A DNA stretch of 64,000 nucleotides from Candidatus Latescibacterota bacterium (GTDB lineage: Bacteria > Latescibacterota > UBA2968 > UBA8231). The stretch covers positions 5,184,001 to 5,248,000 of the forward strand of contig OZ252098.1 in the NCBI GenBank assembly GCA_965248355.1, given 5' to 3'. The notes beneath the pieces are model-generated. The model did not search any database. It worked only from the letters and a program-made list of their open reading frames with translations, and had not been told where the DNA came from. The translations under genes and the position numbers were made by a program. Positions 10,231 to 19,830 of this stretch are shown piece after piece. The number at the start of each line of letters is the position of its first letter. The stretch's first letter is position 1.

Positions 10231-10674
10231 ATGATTCGCGGCATACTTGGCAGCCTCCAGGAGGTCGGCGGCTTGCTTGTCAAGAGGGGCACGGCCATGG
10301 GGCCGTTGGTCCCGGCGCTTATGCTATGCCCTGTCCTGCTGCTGTTTGCCTGGCTGTTCAGGTCAACATTCGTTGTCAGCGGTTGCCCGATCATCTCAAC
10401 CGGTTTGGCAATCCTGTCAGTGGGGATCGTGATCTTCTACCTGTTCCACTACGCGTCGTTTGCGCAGAGCGACCCTGACAGACTGCAATCGGAGGAGTAT
10501 CGATACGAAACAGCGCGGATGCAGATGATTGCGGCCAAGCAGTTCCCGTATCCGATCCCCGCGGAGAATCTGTCCCTGGATGACCCGAGAGAGAATCCGG
10601 CAGTGCCTGACGCAGGGTCGGAAGAAGACGCGCCACCTGCCTCAACTGATGCAGATGAGGAAAAGCCCTCATGA
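10231..10674 (+). CDS. Hypothetical membrane protein (2 TM, acidic tail)
   Basis: GGGAAGGGAAG RBS; two hydrophobic segments then FAQSDPDRLQSEEY; AT-richer than flanks. Confidence 0.7.
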   Translation: MIRGILGSLQEVGGLLVKRGTAMGPLVPALMLCPVLLLFAWLFRSTFVVSGCPIISTGLAILSVGIVIFYLFHYASFAQSDPDRLQSEEYRYETARMQMIAAKQFPYPIPAENLSLDDPRENPAVPDAGSEEDAPPASTDADEEKPS

Positions 10675-11003
10675 AGCCATATCTCTTTGCATACAGCCAA
10701 GCCTGCCCGCAGGCACATGCGCACGCTGTGCTCAACGACAGCCAGGGTGTCGATACATGGGTCGCGCCGTTTCCCTACGCCGCGATCCTCGTCTCCAGAC
10801 TCAACACCCAGGACCTTAGTGCCATACTTCGCGACCGATTGCCTGGGGTGTGGTTCATGGTGACGGAACTGGATCCCAAAAGCGTCAATGGATGGCTGCC
10901 CGGAAATCTCTGGGAGTACGTGAACGATCCGCAGAAGGCATGGACACGGAACTTGCTCAAGGGACTGTCTTCGACCCGACCCGACTTGACTGCTGCCCGG
11001 TAG
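10671..11003 (+). CDS. Small hypothetical protein, possible Cas2/VapD-like ferredoxin fold
   Basis: ATGA overlap; pattern MKPYLFAYS...W...FMVTEL...NGWLP..LWEYVN; fold call is tentative. Confidence 0.65.
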   Translation: MKPYLFAYSQACPQAHAHAVLNDSQGVDTWVAPFPYAAILVSRLNTQDLSAILRDRLPGVWFMVTELDPKSVNGWLPGNLWEYVNDPQKAWTRNLLKGLSSTRPDLTAAR

Positions 11004-11153
11004 GCGCGGCATCCACTCGCCATTCTCGTCACTGTCCAATGAGGCTATTGCACAGGCGCGGTCGCGCCTTGATGCAATGAATGCAGTGGGAGCCGGTCGG
11101 GCGGGGGGCGGAACGGGTTCGATGGTGGTCAGGCCGCTCTCGGAGGCGGGCGC

Positions 11154-12809
11154 GTGATCCGGTCCGTCCGCATCCGCGGCTTCAAGCGCTTTGGCGAGGT
11201 CGAGTTCCGTCTGCCGGGACACGTGGTCCTGGCCGGCCCCAACAACACGGGCAAGACGACGGTCCTTCAGGCCATCGCGTCGTGGTCCCTCGCACTTCGA
11301 CGCTGGCGCGAGCTCAACGACTTCAGTCCCCGGCGGGGTTATGCGCGGGCGCCCATCGCCCGGCAGGCCTTCGCTGCGGTCCCCCTTCGGAGCTTCGATC
11401 TGATGTGGAAGGACCGCCAATACGGGGGGCGGATCGAGATCGAGATCCGGCACGACGCGGGCTGGTCCGTGGCGATGGAGCTGATCGCCGACAGCACCGA
11501 GCAGATCTACGTCCGGCCCCGGGCGGAGGTCCCCGCGGACAGGCTCCGGGAACTGGATCTCGGGGTGGTCTACGTACCTCCCATGACGGGACTGGAGACA
11601 AACGAGCGGCTCCTTCAGCCCGCCGCCGTAGAGCAGATCCTCGGGCTTGGTCGTCCTGGTGAGGTCCTGCGCAATCTGCTCGTCACCGCGAGCTACGAGG
11701 ATTCCGCCTGGACCGCGCTCCAGGATACCATCGGGAAGCTCTTCGGCTATGAGCTGCTGCCCCCTGATGCCAGCGGACCGTACATCGAAGCCGAGTACAG
11801 AACGGCAGGGGGAGCCCAGCCTCTCGACATCGCCAGCGCTGGCAGCGGGTTCCAACAGGTGCTGATGCTGCTCACCTTTCTCCATACGCAGAAGGGCTCG
11901 GTGCTCCTCCTCGACGAGCCCGACGCGCATCTGCACCTGATTCTCCAGGACGCCATCTACCACGAGCTTCGCACGGTTGCCGCACGTCATCGATCGCAAC
12001 TCGTAATCGCCACTCACTCCGAGGTGATCATCAATTCGGTGGAGCCTCGCGAGCTCTGCGTTACGCTCAACCAGCCGAGGATGATCGCGGACAGCGCTGA
12101 GCAGAGCCGGCTGATCTCCTCCCTCCGCGTTCTCAGCAACACGGACGTCATGGAGGCGCTGGGGGTTCGCGGGATCCTCTACGTCGAGGACTACACGGAC
12201 ATCAACATCCTGCGCGCTTGGGCGTCCACGCTCGGGCACCGGGCCGAGCGGCTGCTCACCACTGAGCTCATGTGGAAGCCGATGGTATTCCAGGCGCAAG
12301 AGGGGCGCCCGGGCATCAGGGCGCGCGATCACCATGAGGCCCTGCAGCTCGTGTGCGAGGGGCTGCCCGGTCTCGAGCTTCGCGACGGCGACGCGAGACC
12401 TGCCGTACCGGACAGCGGGATAAGCGGCGCCGGCCTGCAGCGCCTGCGATGGCGGCGGTACGAGATCGAGAGCTACCTCATCCACCCGCATGCGCTGGCC
12501 CGTTTCGTCGAGACGGAGGTCGGGGCCGGGGCCGGCGGGGCCGCATCGTGCGTCGAAGACATGCTTGCCTACTGGCACGGAGCATTCCCACCGGATGTGG
12601 TGAAAGACCCGCTGGGCGACCACGAATACCTCGTCGAAGCCAAGGCCAGGACCCGGTTGCTCCCTCCCTTGCTGCAGGCGGCGGGTCTTCACGGCGTGAG
12701 TTACACCCGCTATCACGAAATCGCCGCGCTGATGCTGCCCGAGGAGATTCACCCGGAGGTAGTCGAGAAGCTCGATGCCATCTGCCGCGCATTCGGAGTC
12801 GAGCCCTGA
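11154..12809 (+). CDS. ABC/AAA ATPase fused to TOPRIM-like domain (OLD-family-like nuclease)
   Basis: IRGFKRF, Walker A GPNNTGKT, signature-like AGSGFQQ, Walker B LLLDEPDAHLH, IATHS; C-terminal LYVEDYTD, LRDGD, RYEIESYL. Confidence 0.85.
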   Translation: MIRSVRIRGFKRFGEVEFRLPGHVVLAGPNNTGKTTVLQAIASWSLALRRWRELNDFSPRRGYARAPIARQAFAAVPLRSFDLMWKDRQYGGRIEIEIRHDAGWSVAMELIADSTEQIYVRPRAEVPADRLRELDLGVVYVPPMTGLETNERLLQPAAVEQILGLGRPGEVLRNLLVTASYEDSAWTALQDTIGKLFGYELLPPDASGPYIEAEYRTAGGAQPLDIASAGSGFQQVLMLLTFLHTQKGSVLLLDEPDAHLHLILQDAIYHELRTVAARHRSQLVIATHSEVIINSVEPRELCVTLNQPRMIADSAEQSRLISSLRVLSNTDVMEALGVRGILYVEDYTDINILRAWASTLGHRAERLLTTELMWKPMVFQAQEGRPGIRARDHHEALQLVCEGLPGLELRDGDARPAVPDSGISGAGLQRLRWRRYEIESYLIHPHALARFVETEVGAGAGGAASCVEDMLAYWHGAFPPDVVKDPLGDHEYLVEAKARTRLLPPLLQAAGLHGVSYTRYHEIAALMLPEEIHPEVVEKLDAICRAFGVEP

Positions 12810-12847
12810 ACCCGCACGAAGTCCCGGGTATCGGTGGCCGGTGATAC

Positions 12848-13888
12848 ATGGCTGGCCCCGTGAGCGATCCAGGGAAGGCTTGGCTCGCCATGGCGATCGT
12901 CATGCCGATCCTGGCCCTCGCGGGTTCGCGGGGCCATGCCCAGGTTGTGGGCGAACCGAACGCCCACTCCTTCGACACGGTAACGGACCCCCGGGCCATA
13001 GCGATGGGCGAGTCCTCGGTTGCCGACGCCGGAGACCCGGCGTCGGCCTTCTCCTCAAATCCGGCCACCTTGGGGTTCCTGTCGGGGTGGGGTTTCTACA
13101 GCAACTACAGGTCCTTCGACTGGGTCGATGAGGATTGGGGAGTCGAGGACCTGTATGCGTGGAGCCTGGGAGTGGCTTCACCCGCGCCCCTGGGCGGGAT
13201 GGCCCTGGCCCTGAACCGGAGAGAGCACGGCAGATCCAGCGATCTCCGGGTCTACGACCAGACCTTCTACCTCGCCTATGCCGTGTCCTTCGGGAAGGTG
13301 GCGGCGGGATGCGCCGTCGGGTTCTTCAACCGGTTTGCCCATGGGGGGGATTTCGAGCGCGAGTCGAGTTACGTCCCCACCTTCGATCTGGGTGTGCTGT
13401 ACCACGCCGACCGCGGCCTCTCCATCGGCATGGCCCTGCAGAACCTCTCCCCGGAGTACGAGTGGAGAATCGCCTCCGAAGGCCGTGAAGACGAGTACAG
13501 GACATCGCTGCCCCTCTACCTCCGGACGGGGTTCCGGTACGTCCTCGAGCGGCCCTCCACGGGCGGCTTTCCGCCCCTTCGGTTCGTCGCCGCCGGGGAG
13601 TACAGGTGGCTCTACAATCCACCCGACGTCCCGTACGGCTACGGGCCCGGCAGCGGCGGGTTCGGCCTGGAGCTGACCCTCGAGGACTGGCTTTCCCTGC
13701 GGGCGGGACTGGTCGAGTACCACGAGAAGGGGCTGCACGGCCGCTACGGCCTGGGGATCCATTTCTCGCCGGCCGGCGAGCTCCTTCCCCGGAAGGTCAG
13801 GTTCGACTACGCGCCGGTCCGGGTTGCCCCGGCTACTGTGGAGACCGCGAGACTCCTTCACTCCTTCGGCCTGAGGCTGTCCTGGTGA
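12848..13888 (+). CDS. PorV/FadL-like outer-membrane beta-barrel protein, copy 1
   Basis: Signal peptide; PRAIAMGESSVA...SNPATLG; FDLGVLY; GMALQN; LPLYLRTG; terminal aromatic ...FGLRLSW; start uncertain. Confidence 0.75.
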   Translation: MAGPVSDPGKAWLAMAIVMPILALAGSRGHAQVVGEPNAHSFDTVTDPRAIAMGESSVADAGDPASAFSSNPATLGFLSGWGFYSNYRSFDWVDEDWGVEDLYAWSLGVASPAPLGGMALALNRREHGRSSDLRVYDQTFYLAYAVSFGKVAAGCAVGFFNRFAHGGDFERESSYVPTFDLGVLYHADRGLSIGMALQNLSPEYEWRIASEGREDEYRTSLPLYLRTGFRYVLERPSTGGFPPLRFVAAGEYRWLYNPPDVPYGYGPGSGGFGLELTLEDWLSLRAGLVEYHEKGLHGRYGLGIHFSPAGELLPRKVRFDYAPVRVAPATVETARLLHSFGLRLSW

Positions 13889-14979
13889 CGCGGAAGGCGC
13901 GAACCCCGGGGCTGCTGCTGGCGGTCACCATGGCGATTCTGTCCCTCGCCGGCCCGGGGGCGCAGGCGGGGGACGTGTACCCCCCGGACTCCTACTCCTT
14001 CGACACGGTAACGGACCCCCGGGCCATAGCGATGGGCGAGTCCTCCGTTGCCGATGCGGGCGGGCCGGCGGCGGTGTTCTCCTCCAACCCGGCCAACCTG
14101 GGGTTCGTGTCGGGACCCGCCTTCTTCAGCAACTACAGGTCCTTCAACTGGTTCGATGACGATCTGGGCATCGACTATCTGCATGCGTGGAGCGTGGGGA
14201 TGGCTTCAGCCGCTCCCCTGGGCGGGATGGCCCTCTCCTTCAGCAGGAGAGGGCTGGCCACCTCCGACAGCCGGGAATACGACCAGACCTTCTCCTTGGC
14301 CTATGCCATGTCCCGGGGGAACATGGCGGCCGGTGGAGCCCTCAGGTTCTTCAACCGGTATTTCACCGTCGATTGGCAGGATGTCCGGCCGGACCTCGAC
14401 TATAGGTGGAGTTACCAGGCGTCCTTCGATCTGGGCGTCCTGTACCACGCCTGGGGATCCGCCGACGGCCCCCATGGCGGCCTCTCCGTCGGCATGGCGC
14501 TGCAGAACTACTCGTCGGAACATGTGTACAGAGCCACCTCCGAGACCGGCGAGGTCGAGCACAGGACCTCACTGCCGCTGTATCTCCGGACGGGGTTCCG
14601 GTACGTCCTCGAGCGGCCCTCCACGGCCGTCTCTCCGCCGCTGGGATTCGTCGTCACCGCCGAGTACAGACGGTTCCTCAATCCACCCGCCGGGCGCGGC
14701 TCCGAGAGTGACGAAATCCTGAGAGATGACGACTTCGGCGGGATCGGCCTCGAGCTGACCCTCTATCACTGGCTCTCCCTGCGAACGGGCTGGATCAACG
14801 AATACCAGGACCGCCACCGGCTGCACAACCGTTACGGCCTGGGCATCAATCTCTCGCAGGACGGCGAGTTCCTTCCGGGGCAGGTCAGCCTCGACTACGC
14901 GCTGATACGGGTGCCCCGGAACTGGGTTGTCGAGACCACGAGATTCGTCCACTCCTTCGGCCTGAGGCTGTCCTGGTGA
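12966..14979 (+). repeat. Tandem gene duplication (two barrel paralogs)
   Basis: Identical 52-bp blocks at 12966-13017 and 13994-14045; identical 30-bp blocks at 13859-13888 and 14950-14979. Confidence 0.9.
13885..14979 (+). CDS. PorV/FadL-like outer-membrane beta-barrel protein, copy 2
   Basis: GTGA overlap; same motifs as copy 1; shares identical DNA blocks with it. Confidence 0.75.
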   Translation: MTRKARTPGLLLAVTMAILSLAGPGAQAGDVYPPDSYSFDTVTDPRAIAMGESSVADAGGPAAVFSSNPANLGFVSGPAFFSNYRSFNWFDDDLGIDYLHAWSVGMASAAPLGGMALSFSRRGLATSDSREYDQTFSLAYAMSRGNMAAGGALRFFNRYFTVDWQDVRPDLDYRWSYQASFDLGVLYHAWGSADGPHGGLSVGMALQNYSSEHVYRATSETGEVEHRTSLPLYLRTGFRYVLERPSTAVSPPLGFVVTAEYRRFLNPPAGRGSESDEILRDDDFGGIGLELTLYHWLSLRTGWINEYQDRHRLHNRYGLGINLSQDGEFLPGQVSLDYALIRVPRNWVVETTRFVHSFGLRLSW

Positions 14980-15641
14980 TGGGGAGGGCGCGAACCAAGG
15001 GGCCGCTCCTCATGGCCATGGGCCTCGTCCTCCCCATGACCGGCTGCTATTCCTTCGCCATGCACCAGACGGCGCAACGGCTGGCCCCCGGGCAGACATC
15101 GATCACCGCGGGCCTCAGCCGGCAGGCCTTCATCAACGGGGATGACTGGGACTACATCGACGGATTCTCGGTGGTGGACCTGCAGGTCCGTCACGGGCTG
15201 GAGAGATTCGAGATCGGGGGCCGGATCAGCCGGATAAACCTCGAGGACGGATACCAGTTCGTCTCCCTCGACCCCAAGATCTCACTGGTGGAAGATCGAC
15301 TGGCCTTCCTCCTGCCCATCGGCTTGTTCTTCAGCGGTCCCTTCCCCGGCGATGATGTCGACATAGATGTCGCCGAGTCCCTCCAGGTTCATCCCTCTCT
15401 CATCGCCACGATTCCCCTCGGACGGACGGAGACCGAGCTCAACCTGGGGTTGAAGACCATCGTCCTCCTCGACAGCCCGGAGGAGTATCTCACGGGGATC
15501 AATCTGGGATTGCGCATGACCCCCGACGAGGTGACGGGGGGGCCCGCGGTCTTCCCGGAGATCGGACTGTTCACCGACTCGAACGGCAACTACTACTTCT
15601 ACTTCGGCACGGCCTTCTCCTTCGCCTTCGGCGGATCCTGA
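14976..15641 (+). CDS. Hypothetical lipoprotein / beta-strand-rich outer-membrane protein
   Basis: Lipobox-like MTGC; alternating hydrophobic strands; aromatic-rich C-terminus. Confidence 0.7.
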   Translation: MMGRARTKGPLLMAMGLVLPMTGCYSFAMHQTAQRLAPGQTSITAGLSRQAFINGDDWDYIDGFSVVDLQVRHGLERFEIGGRISRINLEDGYQFVSLDPKISLVEDRLAFLLPIGLFFSGPFPGDDVDIDVAESLQVHPSLIATIPLGRTETELNLGLKTIVLLDSPEEYLTGINLGLRMTPDEVTGGPAVFPEIGLFTDSNGNYYFYFGTAFSFAFGGS

Positions 15642-15652
15642 GCGGCGGCTCG

Positions 15653-16432
15653 ATGGGATCCCCAAGGGAGATCGCCGCGGACGCGGCGCGGGAGGCGGGG
15701 ACCCTCCTGCGGGAGAACCTGCACCGCGCGGTCGTGGTGGAGACCAAGGGCCGGGCGGACTTCGTCACCGGCCTCGATCTGGAGGCCAACGACCTGATCC
15801 GGGACCGCATCGGCGCCGCCTTTCCGGACCACCGCTTCCTCACCGAGGAGACGGTCAACGCCCCGCTCTCCGACGAGCCGACGTGGATCGTCGACCCCGT
15901 GGACGGCACCCTGAACCTGGTCCACGGCTTCCCCTACATCTCCGTGAGCCTGGCCCTCGTCGTGAGCAGGAGGCCGGTGGCGGGCGTGGTCTACGATCCC
16001 CTGCGGGACGAGCTCTACGCCGCGTCGGCCGCCGCCGGCGCCACCTGCAACGGCGGCTCCATCTCCGTGGGCGGCGACTCCGAGCTGTCGTCGGCGCTGC
16101 TGGCCTTCGATCTGGCCCACGACGAGGAGGCCGCCCGTGAGAGCATGGACCTGGCGTCGGCGCTGCGCCCCCGGGTGGCGGCCCTGCGGCTGGCGGGATC
16201 GGCGGCCCTGGCCTTGTGCCATGTGGCGGCGGGGCGCCTGGGCGGGTTCTTCCACCACCGCCTCGACCCCTGGGACATGGCCGCCGCCATGCTCATCGTG
16301 CGGGAGGCCGGCGGGTGCGTCACCGCCTTCGACGGCAGCCACGTGACCAGCCCCCGGACAGGACCCCTGGTAGCGGGCAACGCGGCCGTCGTGGAGCAGA
16401 TCAACCTGGCGGAGCAGGAGCGCCTCACTTGA
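15653..16432 (+). CDS. Inositol monophosphatase family protein
   Basis: DFVT, TEE, WIVDPVDGTLN, GSAALALCHVAAG, PWDMAAAMLIVREAGG. Confidence 0.93.
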   Translation: MGSPREIAADAAREAGTLLRENLHRAVVVETKGRADFVTGLDLEANDLIRDRIGAAFPDHRFLTEETVNAPLSDEPTWIVDPVDGTLNLVHGFPYISVSLALVVSRRPVAGVVYDPLRDELYAASAAAGATCNGGSISVGGDSELSSALLAFDLAHDEEAARESMDLASALRPRVAALRLAGSAALALCHVAAGRLGGFFHHRLDPWDMAAAMLIVREAGGCVTAFDGSHVTSPRTGPLVAGNAAVVEQINLAEQERLT

Positions 16433-16443
16433 AGGGAGATCCC

Positions 16444-17673
16444 ATGGATCGGATCCGAATCGCCCTCGTCGGCTGCGGCGGCATGGGCACCCGCCACCTC
16501 TACGGACTCGCCGAGCTGGCCAAGACCCCCTTCGCCAACGTCGAGCTGGCCGCGGTCTGCGACATCCGCCCGGAGAACGCGGAGCTCGCCGCCGGCGAGG
16601 CGGAGAAGCTCCTCGGCTCTCGCCCCCAAGTCTTCACCGACCTGGAGCGGATGGCCCGGGAGGTCCCCGACCTGCACGCCGTCGACGTGGTCGTCGATCC
16701 CAGCGAGCACCACAACGTGGCCTGCCAGGCCCTCGACCTGGGGCTGCACGTCATGGTGGAGAAGCCCCTGGCCATCACCGTCAGGGGTTGCCACCGGATC
16801 ATCGAGGCGGCCCGGCGCAACGGCCGCATCCTGTCGGTGGCCGAGAACTTCCGGCGCGATCCCTCGGCGCGGCTGGTGCGCCACCTGCTGGACGGCGGCG
16901 CCATCGGCCGGCCGTACATGGCGATCTACCACTCCCTGGCGCCGGGGAACGATGTCTTCATCACGCCGTGGCGGCACGACAAGGAGCGGGGCGGCCTGCT
17001 GCTGGACCTGGCCGTGCACTACACCGACCTGATCCGCTACCAGCTGGGCGACATCGAGCAGGTCCACGGGCAGGTCTGCCTGGCCACGCCGGTGCGCCGC
17101 CGGCCGCCCAGGATCGACAGCCCCTACGAGTTCTACCGGCGGCGGCACACCGCGATGGAGGAGGAGGTGCGGGCCACGGCCGAGGACAGCTCCATGGCGA
17201 CCCTGCGCATGGCCAGCGGGGCCATGGTCAGCTGGGTCGTCGGCCTCGGCGGCCACGGACAGTGCGGCGGCCAGGCCATCCTCGGCGGACGGGGCGTGCT
17301 CAAGGGCTTCGGCAACCGCGGCGGGCGGGCCTGCCTGCAGGCCGAAGGCACGGGAGAGAAGGGCCACGAGCAACTGGTGACCGAGGCCCCCGACTTCGAG
17401 CTGGAGCCCCTGGCCGCCCACTTCTTCCCCGAAGGCGTGGCCACGGCCGACGTCGACTGGAAGCTGCTGGCCCTGGAGTACTACGAGCTCGGAGAGGCCA
17501 TCCTCCACGGGCGGCCCGTCGAGGTGGACGGCACCGAGGGGATGAAGGCGGTGGCCGCCGTCTACGCGATCTTCGAGTCGAGCCGCCTCGGCCGCGCCGT
17601 GAGCATGAGCGAGGTGGAGAGCGCCGAGGTCTACGAGTACCAGGCCGGGATCGACGCCGCCCTGGGCCTGTAA
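16444..17673 (+). CDS. Gfo/Idh/MocA family oxidoreductase
   Basis: AAGGGAG RBS; IALVGCGGMG, HVMVEKPLA, GGLLLDLAVHYTD. Confidence 0.92.
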   Translation: MDRIRIALVGCGGMGTRHLYGLAELAKTPFANVELAAVCDIRPENAELAAGEAEKLLGSRPQVFTDLERMAREVPDLHAVDVVVDPSEHHNVACQALDLGLHVMVEKPLAITVRGCHRIIEAARRNGRILSVAENFRRDPSARLVRHLLDGGAIGRPYMAIYHSLAPGNDVFITPWRHDKERGGLLLDLAVHYTDLIRYQLGDIEQVHGQVCLATPVRRRPPRIDSPYEFYRRRHTAMEEEVRATAEDSSMATLRMASGAMVSWVVGLGGHGQCGGQAILGGRGVLKGFGNRGGRACLQAEGTGEKGHEQLVTEAPDFELEPLAAHFFPEGVATADVDWKLLALEYYELGEAILHGRPVEVDGTEGMKAVAAVYAIFESSRLGRAVSMSEVESAEVYEYQAGIDAALGL

Positions 17674-17757
17674 TCCACCGAGCCTGGGGCGAGCCGTCCG
17701 GCAGAAGGCCTCAGGCGTGAGGCTCGACCCTCACCTACACGACCCGAACCTCCGTCA

Positions 17758-18471
17758 CTATTGCAGGGCGCCCGGCAGGCCGCCGAGCCCGGCCTGCACC
17801 ACGATCCACACCGCCCAGAGGATCAGCAGCGGGACCAGGGCCTTGCGCGTGGAGCGGCCGGCCATGACGCCGGTGCCGACGGCCATGACCAGGACCTGCC
17901 AGAGCATGAAGACCTCCAGCCCGGACAGCACCCGGCCCGCGAAGGTGCCGAGCATCTCCTCGGGGAGGAGCAGGCCCGGACCGATGACCACGATGGTCCC
18001 GGTCGCCAGCATGAGGGGAACGGTCACGATCGTCTGGACCACCTTCACCAGGGAGGCGTAGGCGGTCACGGCCAGCATCTGGCCGTAGTTGGCCTCACCG
18101 CCGAGGATGGGGTTGGCCACCAGGAGCATGACGCCCCCGACGAGGAAGAGCCACAGGAAGGAGACGATGGGGATCGACACGAGGGTCATCGCCGGCGCCG
18201 CCGCCTGCATCTGCTCCATCATGGCACGCTGCTCGTCGGTCATCTCTCCGTACTGCTCCTGCATCATCTCGGATCCGGCATCCATGGCGGCGGGCAGGGC
18301 CAGCATCCCGGCCACCAGACCCACCACCACCACCACGAGGGTGGGCGCGAACCAGTCCAGCCAAGCAGACCGCTCCCGGACCGAGGCGAAGGTCGCGCCC
18401 GGGGCGGTGAGGGTGCGGATCATGCGCCCGGCGATGCTGGTGCCCGAATCCTCGTTCATGGGGCCTGCCAT
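17758..18471 (-). CDS. Yip1-domain membrane protein
   Basis: LTAPGATFASVRER..W..P N-terminus and five hydrophobic segments. Confidence 0.8.
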   Translation of the reverse strand: MAGPMNEDSGTSIAGRMIRTLTAPGATFASVRERSAWLDWFAPTLVVVVVGLVAGMLALPAAMDAGSEMMQEQYGEMTDEQRAMMEQMQAAAPAMTLVSIPIVSFLWLFLVGGVMLLVANPILGGEANYGQMLAVTAYASLVKVVQTIVTVPLMLATGTIVVIGPGLLLPEEMLGTFAGRVLSGLEVFMLWQVLVMAVGTGVMAGRSTRKALVPLLILWAVWIVVQAGLGGLPGALQ

Positions 18472-18662
18472 GGCGATCTCCTCTGGACAGGTGGTGCGCC
18501 CAATCTATCGGGCGCCCGCGTGCCGGGCCAGCGGTCCACTGCCCGCGCCGGGAGTTGACCCGGCTACCGCGGGCGACTACCAGTAGCCGGCATGAGCCCG
18601 CTGCTCGCCGCCTGAGAGGGCAAGCAGGAGGTGTGGGACTTCAAAATGAGAGAGGAGAGAGC

Positions 18663-19640
18663 ATGGAATACGTCAAGTTCGGCCGTTCCGGCCTGAAGGT
18701 GTCGCGCCTGGCCTACGGCCTGGGTCTGCGCGGCCAGCAGGACGCCGGCGAGGCCGAGCGCGCCATCGAGCGCGCCGTCGAGCTGGGGATCAACTTCATC
18801 GACTGCGCCAACGTCTACGGCTTCGGGGACGTGTACGAGACCCGCGGCACCTCGGAGCAGGTCCTGGCGCGGGTCCTCAAGCGGCACCGCGACGACCTCG
18901 TGGTCACCTCGAAGGTGGCCAGCCGCGTCGGTGAGGGACCGAACGACGCCGGCCTGTCGCGCTATCACATCCTGCGCGAGATCGACCGCACCCTGGCCCG
19001 CCTCGAGACCGATCACATCGACATCTACATCCTGCACGTGTACGACGACGACACGCCTCTCGAGGAGACCCTGCGCGCCCTCGACGACGTGGTGCGCACC
19101 GGCAAGACCCGCTACGTGGGTGTCTCCAACTTCCAGCCCTGGCAGGTGCTCAAGGCGTTGTGGACCCAGGACCGGCTCGGGCTCGATCCCCTGCTCTGCA
19201 TCCAGAACCCCTACAACCTCCTCAACCGCGAGCTGGAGCGCGAGATGTGGCCGGCGCAGCGGGACCAGGGCTTCGGGGTCATGACCTACAGCCCCCTCGG
19301 GGTGGGCCTGCTCTCGGGCGCCTACACCCCCGGGCAGCCGCCGCCGGACGGTACCCTCTACGCCACCCGCCGCACCGGAGACCTGGAGCTGGATCTCAAC
19401 GAGGCCGGGCACCGGACCCTGGCCGTCCTGCGGGAGATCGCCGACGCCCACGGCCGCACCGTGGCGCAGACGGCGATCAACTGGGTGCTCTCCCACCCCG
19501 AGGTGACAGCCGCCATCACCGGCGGCGACACGGCGGCTCACATGGAGGAGAACGCCGGCGCCGTGGGCTGGTCGATCACGCCGGAGGAACGGGGGCGGCT
19601 CGACGAGGCCTCGGCGGGCCAGGACCGCGTCCTGGACTGA
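18663..19640 (+). CDS. Aldo/keto reductase
   Basis: GAGGAG RBS; GRSGLKVSRL, INFIDCANVYG, DHIDIYILH, RYVGVSN, YSPLGVGLLSG. Confidence 0.95.
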   Translation: MEYVKFGRSGLKVSRLAYGLGLRGQQDAGEAERAIERAVELGINFIDCANVYGFGDVYETRGTSEQVLARVLKRHRDDLVVTSKVASRVGEGPNDAGLSRYHILREIDRTLARLETDHIDIYILHVYDDDTPLEETLRALDDVVRTGKTRYVGVSNFQPWQVLKALWTQDRLGLDPLLCIQNPYNLLNRELEREMWPAQRDQGFGVMTYSPLGVGLLSGAYTPGQPPPDGTLYATRRTGDLELDLNEAGHRTLAVLREIADAHGRTVAQTAINWVLSHPEVTAAITGGDTAAHMEENAGAVGWSITPEERGRLDEASAGQDRVLD

Positions 19641-19763
19641 CCGCCGCCGAGGCGGAGGGACGGAGTAGTGCGCTGAGGCCCTGGAACTGGGGCGCAGCGG
19701 CGACGCTGGGAAGGAGAGAAGGCGGGGCGCTGGAGAAGTCCCGCCTTTTCCTTCACTAAGTGC

Positions 19764-19791
19764 GAACCTTTCGCCCGCCGGCTTCTTCTTG
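19764..19791 (+). promoter_or_regulatory. Possible ECF-type autoregulatory promoter
   Basis: GAACCT-N17-TCTTG about 40 bp upstream of the ECF sigma gene. Confidence 0.25.
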
Positions 19792-19830
19792 TAGAGCGAA
19801 GGACACCTGACCAGAGCGCCGGATGCAAGC

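Noticed and set aside
11048..11078. Hairpin TTGCA-CAGGCGCG-GT-CGCGCCT-TGA-TGCAA between the AT-richer pair and the ATPase gene
   Set aside because: Single imperfect stem without a T tail or second copy; function cannot be supported.
10449..12752. 767-aa minus-strand ORF
   Set aside because: Antisense to three plus-strand genes with better RBS, overlap and motif support.
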